The translations under genes and the position numbers were made by a program. From an uncultured Bacteroidales bacterium (GTDB lineage Bacteria > Bacteroidota > Bacteroidia > Bacteroidales > UBA1402): DNA of 64,000 bases. The notes under the pieces are model-generated. The model made no database searches. It was not told the origin of the DNA and saw nothing but the letters and a program-made list of their open reading frames with translations. Each line of letters opens with the position of its first letter. Positions within the stretch are counted from its first letter, which is position 1. The stretch covers positions 14,486 to 78,485 of the forward strand of contig CAZAUQ010000002.1 in assembly GCA_964488495.1 (NCBI GenBank), written 5' to 3'. Below are positions 53,508 to 61,397 of the stretch, piece by piece.

Positions 53508-56228
53508 ATGGAGGAAGAACATTTTCTGAATGAGACTGATGTTCCAGACAATTTAGATGGTCAGGCCAAAGCGGACAAAGATGGAATTACGCTCTCGCCT
53601 GACCTGCTCAATCCTGCTCACATTAAGCAACAATTAACGGGAATGTACCGCAATTGGTTCCTGGACTATGCTTCGTATGTGATACTTGAGCGTGCTGTTC
53701 CACACATTGCCGACGGCTTGAAACCTGTACAGCGGAGAATTCTGCACTCCATGAAACGCCTGGACGATGCCCGGTACAACAAGGTGGCCAACATCATAGG
53801 CCATACCATGCAGTTTCACCCTCACGGCGACGCCTCCATCGGTGACGCTTTGGTGCAATTGGGGCAAAAGGAGTTATTGATTGATTGCCAGGGGAACTGG
53901 GGCAACCTGCTCACCGGTGACGGAGCGGCGGCTCCTAGGTATATCGAAGCCCGACTTTCAAAATTTGCGCTGGAGGTGCTTTTCAATCACAAAATTACCG
54001 AATGGAAACCCTCTTACGACGGCCGTAATCAGGAACCGGTCTGTCTGCCGGTAAAATTTCCTTTATTATTGGCACAGGGGGTTGAAGGTATCGCAGTTGG
54101 TCTTTCTTCTAAAATACTGCCTCATAACTTTAATGAATTGATAAATGCTTCTATTGCATATTTACGCAATGAAGCGTTTACCTTGTATCCCGATTTTCAA
54201 ACCGGCGGTTATGTGGATGTGAGCCGTTACAACGACGGTGAACGCGGAGGCAGCGTAAAAGTCAGGGCCAAAATCAGCAAACTCGACAACAAAACCTTGG
54301 TGATTACCGAGATTCCTTTTAGCAAAACCACTTCGGGCATCATTGAATCCATTTTAAAAGCCAACGAAAAAAACAAAATCAAAATCCGGAAAGTGGACGA
54401 TAACACCGCCCAGAATGCCGAGATATTGATACATTTGGCTCCGGGCACTTCTTCGGACAAGACCATTGATGCGCTATACGCCTTCAGCGATTGCGAAGTC
54501 AGCATTTCTCCCAATTGCTGCGTGATTATGGACGAAAAGCCCCAATTCCTGACGGTAAGCGACGTGTTGAGATACTCAACCGATAACACTAAGGAATTGC
54601 TCAAAAAAGAATTGCTCATCCGCAAGGGAGAATTGCTCGAAAGCCTGTTGTTTGCATCCCTGGAAAAGATCTTCATCGAGGAAAGAATTTACAAGGACAA
54701 GGCTTTTGAAGAAAGTACCAACATGGACAAGGCCCTTTTGCATATCGACAAAAGGCTGGAGCCCTTCAAAAAAGATTTTGTACGGGAAATCAAACGCGAA
54801 GATTTGTTGCGTCTGATGGAAATCAAGATGGCCCGTATCCTGAAATTCAATACAGATAAAGCCGATGAAGCTATTGCCTCGATGAAAGCACAGGTCGAGG
54901 AAATCGATCATCATTTGGCCAACCTGGTAGAATACACCATTGCCTGGTTCGAAAGCCTGAAAAAGAAATACGGAGCCGCTTTCCCGCGAAAAACCGAGAT
55001 CAGGGGCTTTGATACCATCGAAGCGGCCAAAGTGGTAGAAGCTACCGAAAAGTTGTACATCAACCGCGAAGAAGGTTTTATTGGCACCTCACTCAAAAAA
55101 GACGAATTGGTTTGTCCTTGTTCCGATCTGGACGATGTAATTATTTTTTACAAAGACGGCAAGTACAAAGTTGTCAAGGTGTGCGAGAAAATGTTTGTCG
55201 GCAAAAATGTACTTTACCTGAATGTTTTCAAGAAAAACGACACCCGTACCATTTACAACGTCATTTACCGGGACGGCAAGTTTGACAACAGAGGCGGAGG
55301 AATATCCTACATCAAGCGTTTTGCCGTAAACGGCATCACCAGAGATAAGGAATACGATCTGACCAAAGGCAGCCCGGGTTCACGTATTCAGTATTTCAGC
55401 GCCAATCCCAACGGTGAGGCCGAAATTGTTCGTGTCACACTTAAGCCTGCTCCCAGAATAAAAAAACTCCAATTCGAAAAAGATTTTGGAGAAATTGCCA
55501 TCAAAGCTCGTCAATCAATGGGTAATATTCTAACCAAAAACGATGTCTTCAAAATCATGTTGAAGCAAAAGGGCGGTTCTACGCTGGGCGGCCGAGAGGT
55601 CTGGTTCGATCCGGATGTACTGAGGCTGAATTACGACGGACGCGGAGATTACCTGGGCGAATTTCAGAACGAAGACAGTATTTTGGTAATTACAAAGAAC
55701 GGTGAATACTATATGACCAATATTGACCTGAGCAATCATTACGAGGACAATATTCTGCGCATAGAAAAATTCGAGAAAGACAAAATCTGGACAGCGGCAC
55801 TTTATGATGCAGAGCAACAGAATTATCCCTATCTGAAACGTTTTCCGCTCGAACTTTCACAACGCAAACTGAGTTTTACCGGAGAAAATCCCGGATCCAG
55901 ACTGATATTGCTCAGTGATACCTATTATCCCCGTATCGAAGTCAGCTTCGGAGGCAACGATAGTTTCAGGGAAAAATTGATACTGGATTGCGATGAATTC
56001 ATAGGAATTAAGAGTTTCAAGGCTAAGGGGAAACGCATAAGCACCTTCGAAATTGCAGATATAACAGAAATAGAACCTTTACGTTTCCCGCCTTCCAAAG
56101 ATGAGGACAACGATCCGGGTCCGGGAACTGAACCTGTAATTGATGCTGAGCCTGAAGATTTTGAAGAGGAAGATAATCCCGGTAAACTGATTGATGAAAT
56201 TACCGGTCAGATGACGCTTTTTGATTAA
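53508..56228 (+). CDS. parC: type IIA topoisomerase subunit A, topoisomerase IV ParC-like
   Basis: The 906-aa product has IADGLKPVQRRILHSM and the active-site Tyr block AAPRYIEARL. I see no GyrA-box (QRRGGKG-like) in the C-terminal domain. The C-terminal tail is acidic. Confidence 0.85.
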   Translation: MEEEHFLNETDVPDNLDGQAKADKDGITLSPDLLNPAHIKQQLTGMYRNWFLDYASYVILERAVPHIADGLKPVQRRILHSMKRLDDARYNKVANIIGHTMQFHPHGDASIGDALVQLGQKELLIDCQGNWGNLLTGDGAAAPRYIEARLSKFALEVLFNHKITEWKPSYDGRNQEPVCLPVKFPLLLAQGVEGIAVGLSSKILPHNFNELINASIAYLRNEAFTLYPDFQTGGYVDVSRYNDGERGGSVKVRAKISKLDNKTLVITEIPFSKTTSGIIESILKANEKNKIKIRKVDDNTAQNAEILIHLAPGTSSDKTIDALYAFSDCEVSISPNCCVIMDEKPQFLTVSDVLRYSTDNTKELLKKELLIRKGELLESLLFASLEKIFIEERIYKDKAFEESTNMDKALLHIDKRLEPFKKDFVREIKREDLLRLMEIKMARILKFNTDKADEAIASMKAQVEEIDHHLANLVEYTIAWFESLKKKYGAAFPRKTEIRGFDTIEAAKVVEATEKLYINREEGFIGTSLKKDELVCPCSDLDDVIIFYKDGKYKVVKVCEKMFVGKNVLYLNVFKKNDTRTIYNVIYRDGKFDNRGGGISYIKRFAVNGITRDKEYDLTKGSPGSRIQYFSANPNGEAEIVRVTLKPAPRIKKLQFEKDFGEIAIKARQSMGNILTKNDVFKIMLKQKGGSTLGGREVWFDPDVLRLNYDGRGDYLGEFQNEDSILVITKNGEYYMTNIDLSNHYEDNILRIEKFEKDKIWTAALYDAEQQNYPYLKRFPLELSQRKLSFTGENPGSRLILLSDTYYPRIEVSFGGNDSFREKLILDCDEFIGIKSFKAKGKRISTFEIADITEIEPLRFPPSKDEDNDPGPGTEPVIDAEPEDFEEEDNPGKLIDEITGQMTLFD

Positions 56229-56351
56229 AAGCCGCAAACAATAAATAGTATTGCGTGTAAAAGTACAAAGGCGATAGGTTTTCCGGTGATTTTACTGGTC
56301 TATGTTGTTGCCGATTTTCCGACAGAATTTTGGCGATTGAAATTATTCAGC

Positions 56352-56359
56352 TACCTTTG
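56352..56359 (+). promoter_or_regulatory. -7 box (TACCTTTG) for tRNA-Leu
   Basis: This perfect match lies 17 nt upstream of the tRNA 5' end. Confidence 0.55.
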
Positions 56360-56376
56360 CGCTGATTTTCAGATAG

Positions 56377-56458
56377 GCGGCTGTGGTGGAATTGGTAGTC
56401 ACGTCAGACTTAGGATCTGGTGCCGAAAGGCGTGGGGGTTCGAGTCCCTTCAGCCGTA
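56377..56458 (+). tRNA. tRNA-Leu (anticodon TAG), class II with a long variable arm
   Basis: I folded the 82-nt tRNA by hand. The acceptor is GCGGCTG/CAGCCGT (1-72 is a G-T pair) and the D-loop is AATTGGTAG. The anticodon arm is TCAGA-CTTAGGA-TCTGG, the variable arm GCC-GAAA-GGC and the T-arm GGGGG-TTCGAGT-CCCTT. The discriminator is A and no CCA is encoded. Confidence 0.85.
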
Positions 56459-56470
56459 CTTATAGTACAA

Positions 56471-56510
56471 AATAGGAGAAAACTGAGGCAGTTTTCTCCT
56501 ATTTTAGTTT
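56471..56510 (+). terminator. strong intrinsic terminator after tRNA-Leu
   Basis: A perfect 15-bp stem, aataggagaaaactg (56471..56485) / cagttttctcctatt (56489..56503), has a 3-nt loop. It is followed by ttagttt. Confidence 0.8.
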
Positions 56511-56515
56511 AATCT

Positions 56516-56523
56516 TACCTTTG
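56516..56523 (+). promoter_or_regulatory. -7 box (TACCTTTG) pointing into the GC-rich element
   Basis: This perfect TAnnTTTG lies 11 nt upstream of the first base of the 27-bp terminal stem (56535). No protein-coding gene follows on this strand. Confidence 0.4.
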
Positions 56524-56534
56524 TTTTCTTTCCA

Positions 56535-56720
56535 GTGCTCCCCACCGTTCAAGCCCGGCCCGCTCAGCCTCCCGATATTCCCTGCTGGTCAGCGCCGGAC
56601 GAAGGTGTTGTCTGTTTGTCTCTGCCGAGCCTGCACAGGCAAATATTGCCGGCCTCTGCGCGCTTCGGGCGCAGAGGCTATATATCGGCTTCGGGGCCGG
56701 GCTTGAACGGTGAGGAGCGC
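56535..56720. mobile_element. 186-bp GC-rich element with 27-bp terminal inverted repeats and a flanking 7-nt direct repeat (MITE-like), alternatively a structured ncRNA of about 190 nt on the plus strand
   Basis: Positions 56535..56561 pair with 56694..56720 at 25 Watson-Crick positions, plus one G-T and one C-A. CTTTCCA occurs at 56528..56534 and again at 56720..56726. By my count 120 of 186 nt are G/C, against 22 of the preceding 74 nt. Internal hairpins lie at 56652..56678 and 56638..56650. See the findings. Confidence 0.5.
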
Positions 56721-56750
56721 TTTCCAAAAATCAATCAGCAGCGAGTGCTG
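56721..56750 (-). terminator. weak intrinsic terminator of rubrerythrin
   Basis: The minus strand reads CAGCA-CTCGC-TGCTG (56736..56750) directly after the rbr stop. It is followed by ATTGATTTTTGGAAA. Confidence 0.4.
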
Positions 56751-57323
56751 TCAATAGTTTTCGCAACGTCTTTCGAAATAGGCTTTGGCATGCTTGCAAA
56801 CGGGGCAGGCATCGGGAGCGTTTTTGCCTTTGTGCACGTGACCGCAGTTGCGGCAGGTCCAGGCGATGTTTTCATCGTCCTCGAACACCTTGTTTTCGAT
56901 AATGTTTTGCAACAACTTGCGGTAGCGTTTTTCGTGTTCGGCTTCTACTTTGGCCACCAAAGTGAAAGTAGCGGCAATTTCTTTGAAACCCTCTTCTTTG
57001 GCAATCTGCGCAAACAAAGGATATAAGTCGGCCCATTCTTCGTGCTCGCCATCGGCGGCGGCCTTCAGGTTTGCGGCAGTAGTACCGATAACGCCGGCAG
57101 GATAAGTGGCCGTAATTTCGACCATTCCACCTTCGAGGTATTTAAAGAACAATTTGGCATGCTCCTTTTCGTTGAGAGCTGTTTCGGTAAAGAAAGCACT
57201 GATTTGTTCGTAACCTTCCTTTTTGGCTACGCTGGCAAAAAATTCATAACGTGTCTTAGCCTGAGATTCTCCTGCAAAAGATTTAAGCAGGTTTTGTTCT
57301 GTTTTGGAGCCTTTAAGTTGCAT
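56751..57323 (-). CDS. rbr: rubrerythrin
   Basis: The 190-aa product has the diiron ferritin-like ExxH motifs EKEHAKLF and EAEHEKRY. The C-terminal rubredoxin-type region is CRNCGHV...CPVCKH. Confidence 0.93.
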   Translation of the reverse strand: MQLKGSKTEQNLLKSFAGESQAKTRYEFFASVAKKEGYEQISAFFTETALNEKEHAKLFFKYLEGGMVEITATYPAGVIGTTAANLKAAADGEHEEWADLYPLFAQIAKEEGFKEIAATFTLVAKVEAEHEKRYRKLLQNIIENKVFEDDENIAWTCRNCGHVHKGKNAPDACPVCKHAKAYFERRCENY

Positions 57324-57368
57324 AGTTAATACTAATTTTAAGAATAATGTGAATCAAATTGAGAGATA

Positions 57369-57376
57369 CAAATATA
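57369..57376 (-). promoter_or_regulatory. -7 box (TATATTTG) for rubrerythrin
   Basis: Plus-strand caaatata lies 45 nt upstream of the ATG at 57323. Confidence 0.5.
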
Positions 57377-57479
57377 GCAATTTCATCCCTAAATAGAATA
57401 TTTGGCGTACATATTTACGTTTTCGTCCCAGTTTTGACAGGGTGTAACCCATTTTTTTTATTATACCTGTGCGCGAAGG

Positions 57480-57487
57480 TACTTTTG
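57480..57487 (+). promoter_or_regulatory. -7 box (TACTTTTG) for the acyl-CoA ligase gene
   Basis: This perfect match lies 61 nt upstream of ATG 57549. Confidence 0.45.
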
Positions 57488-57548
57488 TCCGGTAAAAAAT
57501 AAAAATCAAAGTATTATTCAAACCAACCATCATAATTGATTTACCGCT

Positions 57549-59186
57549 ATGAGCAAACATTTTTTTAGTTTTCTGGAAGATACCATCAAAAACCATTGGG
57601 ACGCTCCCGCAATGACAGACTACGAAACCGATTTTACCATGACCTATGGTGAAGTGGCCGAACATATTGCCCAACTGCATTTGTTGTTTAAGGAAATGGG
57701 GCTTCAAAAGGGAGAAAAAGTAGCACTCTGCGGCAGAAATACTGTCAATTGGGCCATAAGTTTTTTGGCAGTGAACACCTACGAAGCTGTGGCCGTTTCA
57801 ATCTTGCCCGATTTTCATACAGACAGCATTCATGCCCTGGTAAATCACTCAGAAGCATCTCTGCTTTTTGTCGGCCCTTCGGTATGGGAGGCTATAGAAG
57901 CCGAAAAAATGCCCGAATTAAAGGGTATTGTATCGCTTAAAAATTTTGAGCTTATACAGGCCAAAACAGCCACCGTTCAGCAAGCCTTTGCGATCAAAGA
58001 TCAGCTTTTTGGCAGATACTATCCCAATGGTTTGCAAATGCAGGATGTTTCTTATCCCAAGAATAATCTCGATGAATTGGCGATAATCAATTATACTTCG
58101 GGCACCACCAGTGCCCCCAAAGGGGTAATGCTTACCCACAGAAGCATTAGTTCCAATGTGGAATTCGGCCAGCAACGTATTCCTAATCAGGTGGGCTGGA
58201 ATATTGTTTCTATGTTGCCTTTGGCTCATATGTTCGGGCTGACCTTCGAATTTCTGTACCAATTGGCCGGTGGTTGTCATGTTTATTTCCTGAGCAAAAC
58301 GCCTTCACCTCAGATCTTGATGAAAGCCTTTGCTGAAACCAGCCCTTACATGATCCTTACTGTTCCGCTGGTGATAGAAAAAATATTCAAAAAAACAGTA
58401 TTCCCTGTTATTCATAAGCCTGTTATGAAAGTGTTATGGAATATTCCCGGCATCAACAGAGTGTTGCGCAATGCAGTAAAGAAAAAGTTGATGACAGCTT
58501 TTGGCGGCCAGCTGAGGTATTTGATTATCGGTGGAGCTGCTCTGAACAATGAAGTGGAAAATTGTTTGAAACAGATACGTTTTCCCTATACAGTGGGATA
58601 TGGTATGACCGAATGCGGACCCTTGCTGGGATACGAAGACTGGAGACATTTTGAAAAAACCTCCTGCGGGAAACCGGTGCACAGGATAGAATTGAGGATA
58701 GATTCGGCGAATCCCTGCAAGGAAGTAGGAGAAATCCAGGTAAAAGGCGATAATGTGATGTTGGGTTATTACAAAAATACCGAAGCTACCGAAGCTGTTT
58801 TTACTAAAGACGGCTGGATGAGAACGGGTGATCTGGGTCTTATAGATAAAAAAGGAAATATATATATCAAGGGCAGAAGCAAAAGCATGATTTTGGGTTC
58901 TTCGGGCCAAAATATTTATCCCGAAGAAATCGAAGATAAATTGAATAATATGCCTCTGGTAGTAGAATCGGTAGTAGTAGAAAGAGATGAAAAGCTGGTT
59001 GCCATTGTATATCCCGACTTTGATACCGAATCAAAAGAAGAATCGATAAACGAAGTTATGGAACAAAACCGACTGCGTTTGAATAAAATTCTGCCCGCCT
59101 TTGCTCGTGTTATGAAAATTGAACTGGTGAAAAAGGAATTCGAAAAAACACCCAAACGCAGTATCAAACGTTTTTTATACAAATAA
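57549..59186 (+). CDS. AMP-dependent synthetase/ligase, long-chain-fatty-acid--CoA ligase-like
   Basis: The 545-aa product has the AMP-binding motif INYTSGTTSAPKGVMLTH and the blocks GYGMTECG and TGDLGLIDKKGNIYIKGRSK. Confidence 0.85.
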   Translation: MSKHFFSFLEDTIKNHWDAPAMTDYETDFTMTYGEVAEHIAQLHLLFKEMGLQKGEKVALCGRNTVNWAISFLAVNTYEAVAVSILPDFHTDSIHALVNHSEASLLFVGPSVWEAIEAEKMPELKGIVSLKNFELIQAKTATVQQAFAIKDQLFGRYYPNGLQMQDVSYPKNNLDELAIINYTSGTTSAPKGVMLTHRSISSNVEFGQQRIPNQVGWNIVSMLPLAHMFGLTFEFLYQLAGGCHVYFLSKTPSPQILMKAFAETSPYMILTVPLVIEKIFKKTVFPVIHKPVMKVLWNIPGINRVLRNAVKKKLMTAFGGQLRYLIIGGAALNNEVENCLKQIRFPYTVGYGMTECGPLLGYEDWRHFEKTSCGKPVHRIELRIDSANPCKEVGEIQVKGDNVMLGYYKNTEATEAVFTKDGWMRTGDLGLIDKKGNIYIKGRSKSMILGSSGQNIYPEEIEDKLNNMPLVVESVVVERDEKLVAIVYPDFDTESKEESINEVMEQNRLRLNKILPAFARVMKIELVKKEFEKTPKRSIKRFLYK

Positions 59187-59216
59187 AGTGGTCTTTATTA
59201 ACGGACAGCCGGGCTC

Positions 59217-60335
59217 TTATTTACTCAGAAAGGCAGCCGCCTGCGAAAACACTCCGTTGAAACACAAATTGACCAGGTCGTTTTGTTCTTTTTGCCCCTT
59301 AATGGGAAAAGGCTGTTCATGGCTGTATTCGTAGGGAAAATCAATCAGGCTGCTGTGTTTTAATGCGCATTCATAACCCAGAGCATTCACTATGCCATCG
59401 TAGGGGATAACGGTATCTTTCTTTAAAGCCATCACCTGAATGTTATTTCCCATGTCATTGAAGAAGCGATAACGATCTTCGGCGCAACGATCTTTTTCTA
59501 TCATGGTGTTGAAAGCAATCAGAGATGCTTCCGATGTTTTGTCTATCCGGTTGTCAATTTCGAAGTGATGCAGGTAGTAATCGCATAATTTATCAAAAGT
59601 GGGTTTATCCATAATTAAACGCGAAGTGCCATTCATTTGCCTGAAAACAGAACCTCCGCAAAACACAAAAAGTCTGGAATCTTTCAATAGAGACTCCCTG
59701 TCGCTCAGCATTGCTATTTGAACCAAAAATGCACCGATGGAATAAGCAAAAAAATCCACCCCGGCTCCAGAAGCAAACAAGGGATGTCGCCCTTGTTTGA
59801 TTTGTCCCGCCAAACCTGTCAAATCCTTAAGACTTTGCTTGCCGGAGCGATAAAAACGAGTAGGATCTTCACTGAGACGTTCACTCAAAATTGTGTTTGC
59901 AATACTTTGAGATTGTTCTTTGCCCAGGATCTCTCTTCGTTTTTCCAGAATGGGTGTAATTAGCCGCGGATTAATCCAGCTCTTCGGAGAACGGTTTATA
60001 TGAAAAGCAATGGGCAGTAAAATAACTGCTTTGCCTGTATGCATACATAAATATTCTGCCCAACACAGGTATTTGTTCCAGCTGCGTTCATTCAGTCCGT
60101 GCATCAGAAAAATAGCTCCGGGGCACTTGTGTTGTTTTTTTAATTTAAAAACCGGGTATACAAAATCGCGGTTCTCTGGAATATTGCAATCCAATCCGGA
60201 ATCTGTATCCAGGATCTTTTCACCAACCGAAGTGAAAGGGAAAAATCGAATTTCTACCGCTGAATTCTCCAGTTTGACATCCATCCCCAATGAAAATTGT
60301 CTCTGAAGTTCCTCTTGTCTTTGAGCCAGATTCAT
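59217..60335 (-). CDS. hypothetical protein with an alpha/beta-hydrolase-like core
   Basis: The 372-aa product has FLMHGLNE (oxyanion-region-like), the nucleophile-elbow-like FFAYSIGAF (G-x-S-x-G variant A-Y-S-I-G), and the late acid and His candidates KKDTVIPYD and YEYSHEQPF. I cannot assign a family from memory. Confidence 0.45.
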   Translation of the reverse strand: MNLAQRQEELQRQFSLGMDVKLENSAVEIRFFPFTSVGEKILDTDSGLDCNIPENRDFVYPVFKLKKQHKCPGAIFLMHGLNERSWNKYLCWAEYLCMHTGKAVILLPIAFHINRSPKSWINPRLITPILEKRREILGKEQSQSIANTILSERLSEDPTRFYRSGKQSLKDLTGLAGQIKQGRHPLFASGAGVDFFAYSIGAFLVQIAMLSDRESLLKDSRLFVFCGGSVFRQMNGTSRLIMDKPTFDKLCDYYLHHFEIDNRIDKTSEASLIAFNTMIEKDRCAEDRYRFFNDMGNNIQVMALKKDTVIPYDGIVNALGYECALKHSSLIDFPYEYSHEQPFPIKGQKEQNDLVNLCFNGVFSQAAAFLSK

Positions 60336-60425
60336 ACATTAAAAATTAATAAACACAACAAAAAAACAATAGTCCATTGGTCTTGACAAATAAATGGGAC
60401 TTAAGAGGTTTTTGGGGGATTTTTG

Positions 60426-60465
60426 TCCATATATTGGGTGAAAATCCCATATATGGGATGAAATT
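60426..60465. promoter_or_regulatory. two tandem 20-bp direct repeats (candidate LytTR-type operator) upstream of the LytTR gene
   Basis: TCCATATATTGGGTGAAAAT (60426..60445) and CCCATATATGGGATGAAATT (60446..60465) are identical at 16 of 20 positions. The second begins with the perfect 12-bp palindrome CCCATATATGGG (60446..60457). The repeats end 34 nt upstream of the -7 box. Confidence 0.4.
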
Positions 60466-60499
60466 ACTTTTTCCTATTGTGGGTAAAATGTAAAATCTC

Positions 60500-60507
60500 T
60501 ATCTTTG
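60500..60507 (+). promoter_or_regulatory. -7 box (TATCTTTG) for the LytTR gene
   Basis: This perfect match lies 32 nt upstream of ATG 60540. It lies inside the longer track ORF that starts at 60477. Confidence 0.55.
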
Positions 60508-60539
60508 TGCTTATTCTTAATAGAGGAAAGCCCCGATTT

Positions 60540-61397
60540 ATGGACAGAAGTATTCCGGATTACATCAACGAAAAGGGAAATGTGGTGCGCCTTGTGGTGC
60601 TTACAGCTATATTTGCTCTATTGTTTATTAACATTTATGAGCCCTTTGGTTCCAAGATGTGGTTGGGAGGTGTTTCGGATCTTACTTACTTTCTTTTTTC
60701 CAACCTGGTGATTTTAGTAGGTATGTGTGTGGTGGCCGTAAGCCGGATTATCATGTACAATTACAACAAAAATCACGAAATATCTGTGTTTTTGTATCTG
60801 GCCTGGGTGGTAATGGAAATCATTGCCATGTCTTTGTTTTATACTCTTTTTCAATACTTTGCACTCAACGACGCACGTCCTTTTTTGGAGATATGGAAAA
60901 ATGCCACCATCAATACCAGCCTTATTTTATTATTGCCTTATGCCATTCTATGGCTGTATTTTTCCTGGCGAGATAACGAAAAAATGCTGAAACGAATCCG
61001 TGAACAGGAAGGCCTGTTGACAGAAAAACAAAAAAACGGATTGATTTCTTTTTACGACGATAAGGGAGTGTTACGTTTATCCGTTGACATCAACAGCCTT
61101 TATTATATTGAATCTGCCGATAATTATGTCAAGATTCATTATTTAAACAAAGGCAAGATGCAACATTTTATGTTGCGAAGTTCGCTCAAAACCATCGATG
61201 ATTTGTTTGGGGATAAATACCTGGTGCGTTGCCATCGTTCGTATATCGTGAATTTTGACAAGATAAAAATACTCCGCAAAAGCGAAGAAGGCCTCAGTCT
61301 GGATCTGGACAGCGACCTGGTGCCGGATATACCGGTTTCAAAAACCTTTAGTAACAAATTAATGAGCAAATTTACCGACCTGCAGAAAGGTTCTTAA
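60540..61397 (+). CDS. membrane-anchored LytTR-domain DNA-binding protein (no receiver domain)
   Basis: It starts MDRSIPDYINEKGN. Four to five hydrophobic segments fill the first 150 aa or so. The C-terminal LytTR block is YIESADNYVKIHY...LVRCHRSYIVNFDKI. Confidence 0.75.
   Translation: MDRSIPDYINEKGNVVRLVVLTAIFALLFINIYEPFGSKMWLGGVSDLTYFLFSNLVILVGMCVVAVSRIIMYNYNKNHEISVFLYLAWVVMEIIAMSLFYTLFQYFALNDARPFLEIWKNATINTSLILLLPYAILWLYFSWRDNEKMLKRIREQEGLLTEKQKNGLISFYDDKGVLRLSVDINSLYYIESADNYVKIHYLNKGKMQHFMLRSSLKTIDDLFGDKYLVRCHRSYIVNFDKIKILRKSEEGLSLDLDSDLVPDIPVSKTFSNKLMSKFTDLQKGS

Noticed and set aside
56535-56720. I considered identifying the GC-rich element as SRP (4.5S) RNA, 6S RNA, a riboswitch or a retron msr/msd.
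   Set aside because: SRP RNA is unlikely: GGUCAG is present, but the invariant GNAR tetraloop and AGCA motifs are not. A 6S-like continuous rod is less favourable than the branched fold. A riboswitch is excluded because no downstream gene lies on either strand in the right orientation. A retron is excluded because no reverse transcriptase is nearby. All of this is by-eye judgement and should be confirmed with cmscan.
56377-56750. I considered an integrative element or genomic island inserted at the tRNA-Leu 3' end.
   Set aside because: There is no integrase, no duplicated tRNA 3' segment and no accessory genes. The neighbouring genes (parC, rubrerythrin) are core functions.
56515-57026. Three ORFs of 70, 61 and 163 aa (56515..56727 -, 56521..56706 +, 56535..57026 +) cover the GC-rich element.
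   Set aside because: Their Ala/Arg/Pro/Gly-rich translations simply follow from 64% GC. The 163-aa ORF runs antisense through rubrerythrin. The inverted-repeat and hairpin structure explains the sequence better than coding does.
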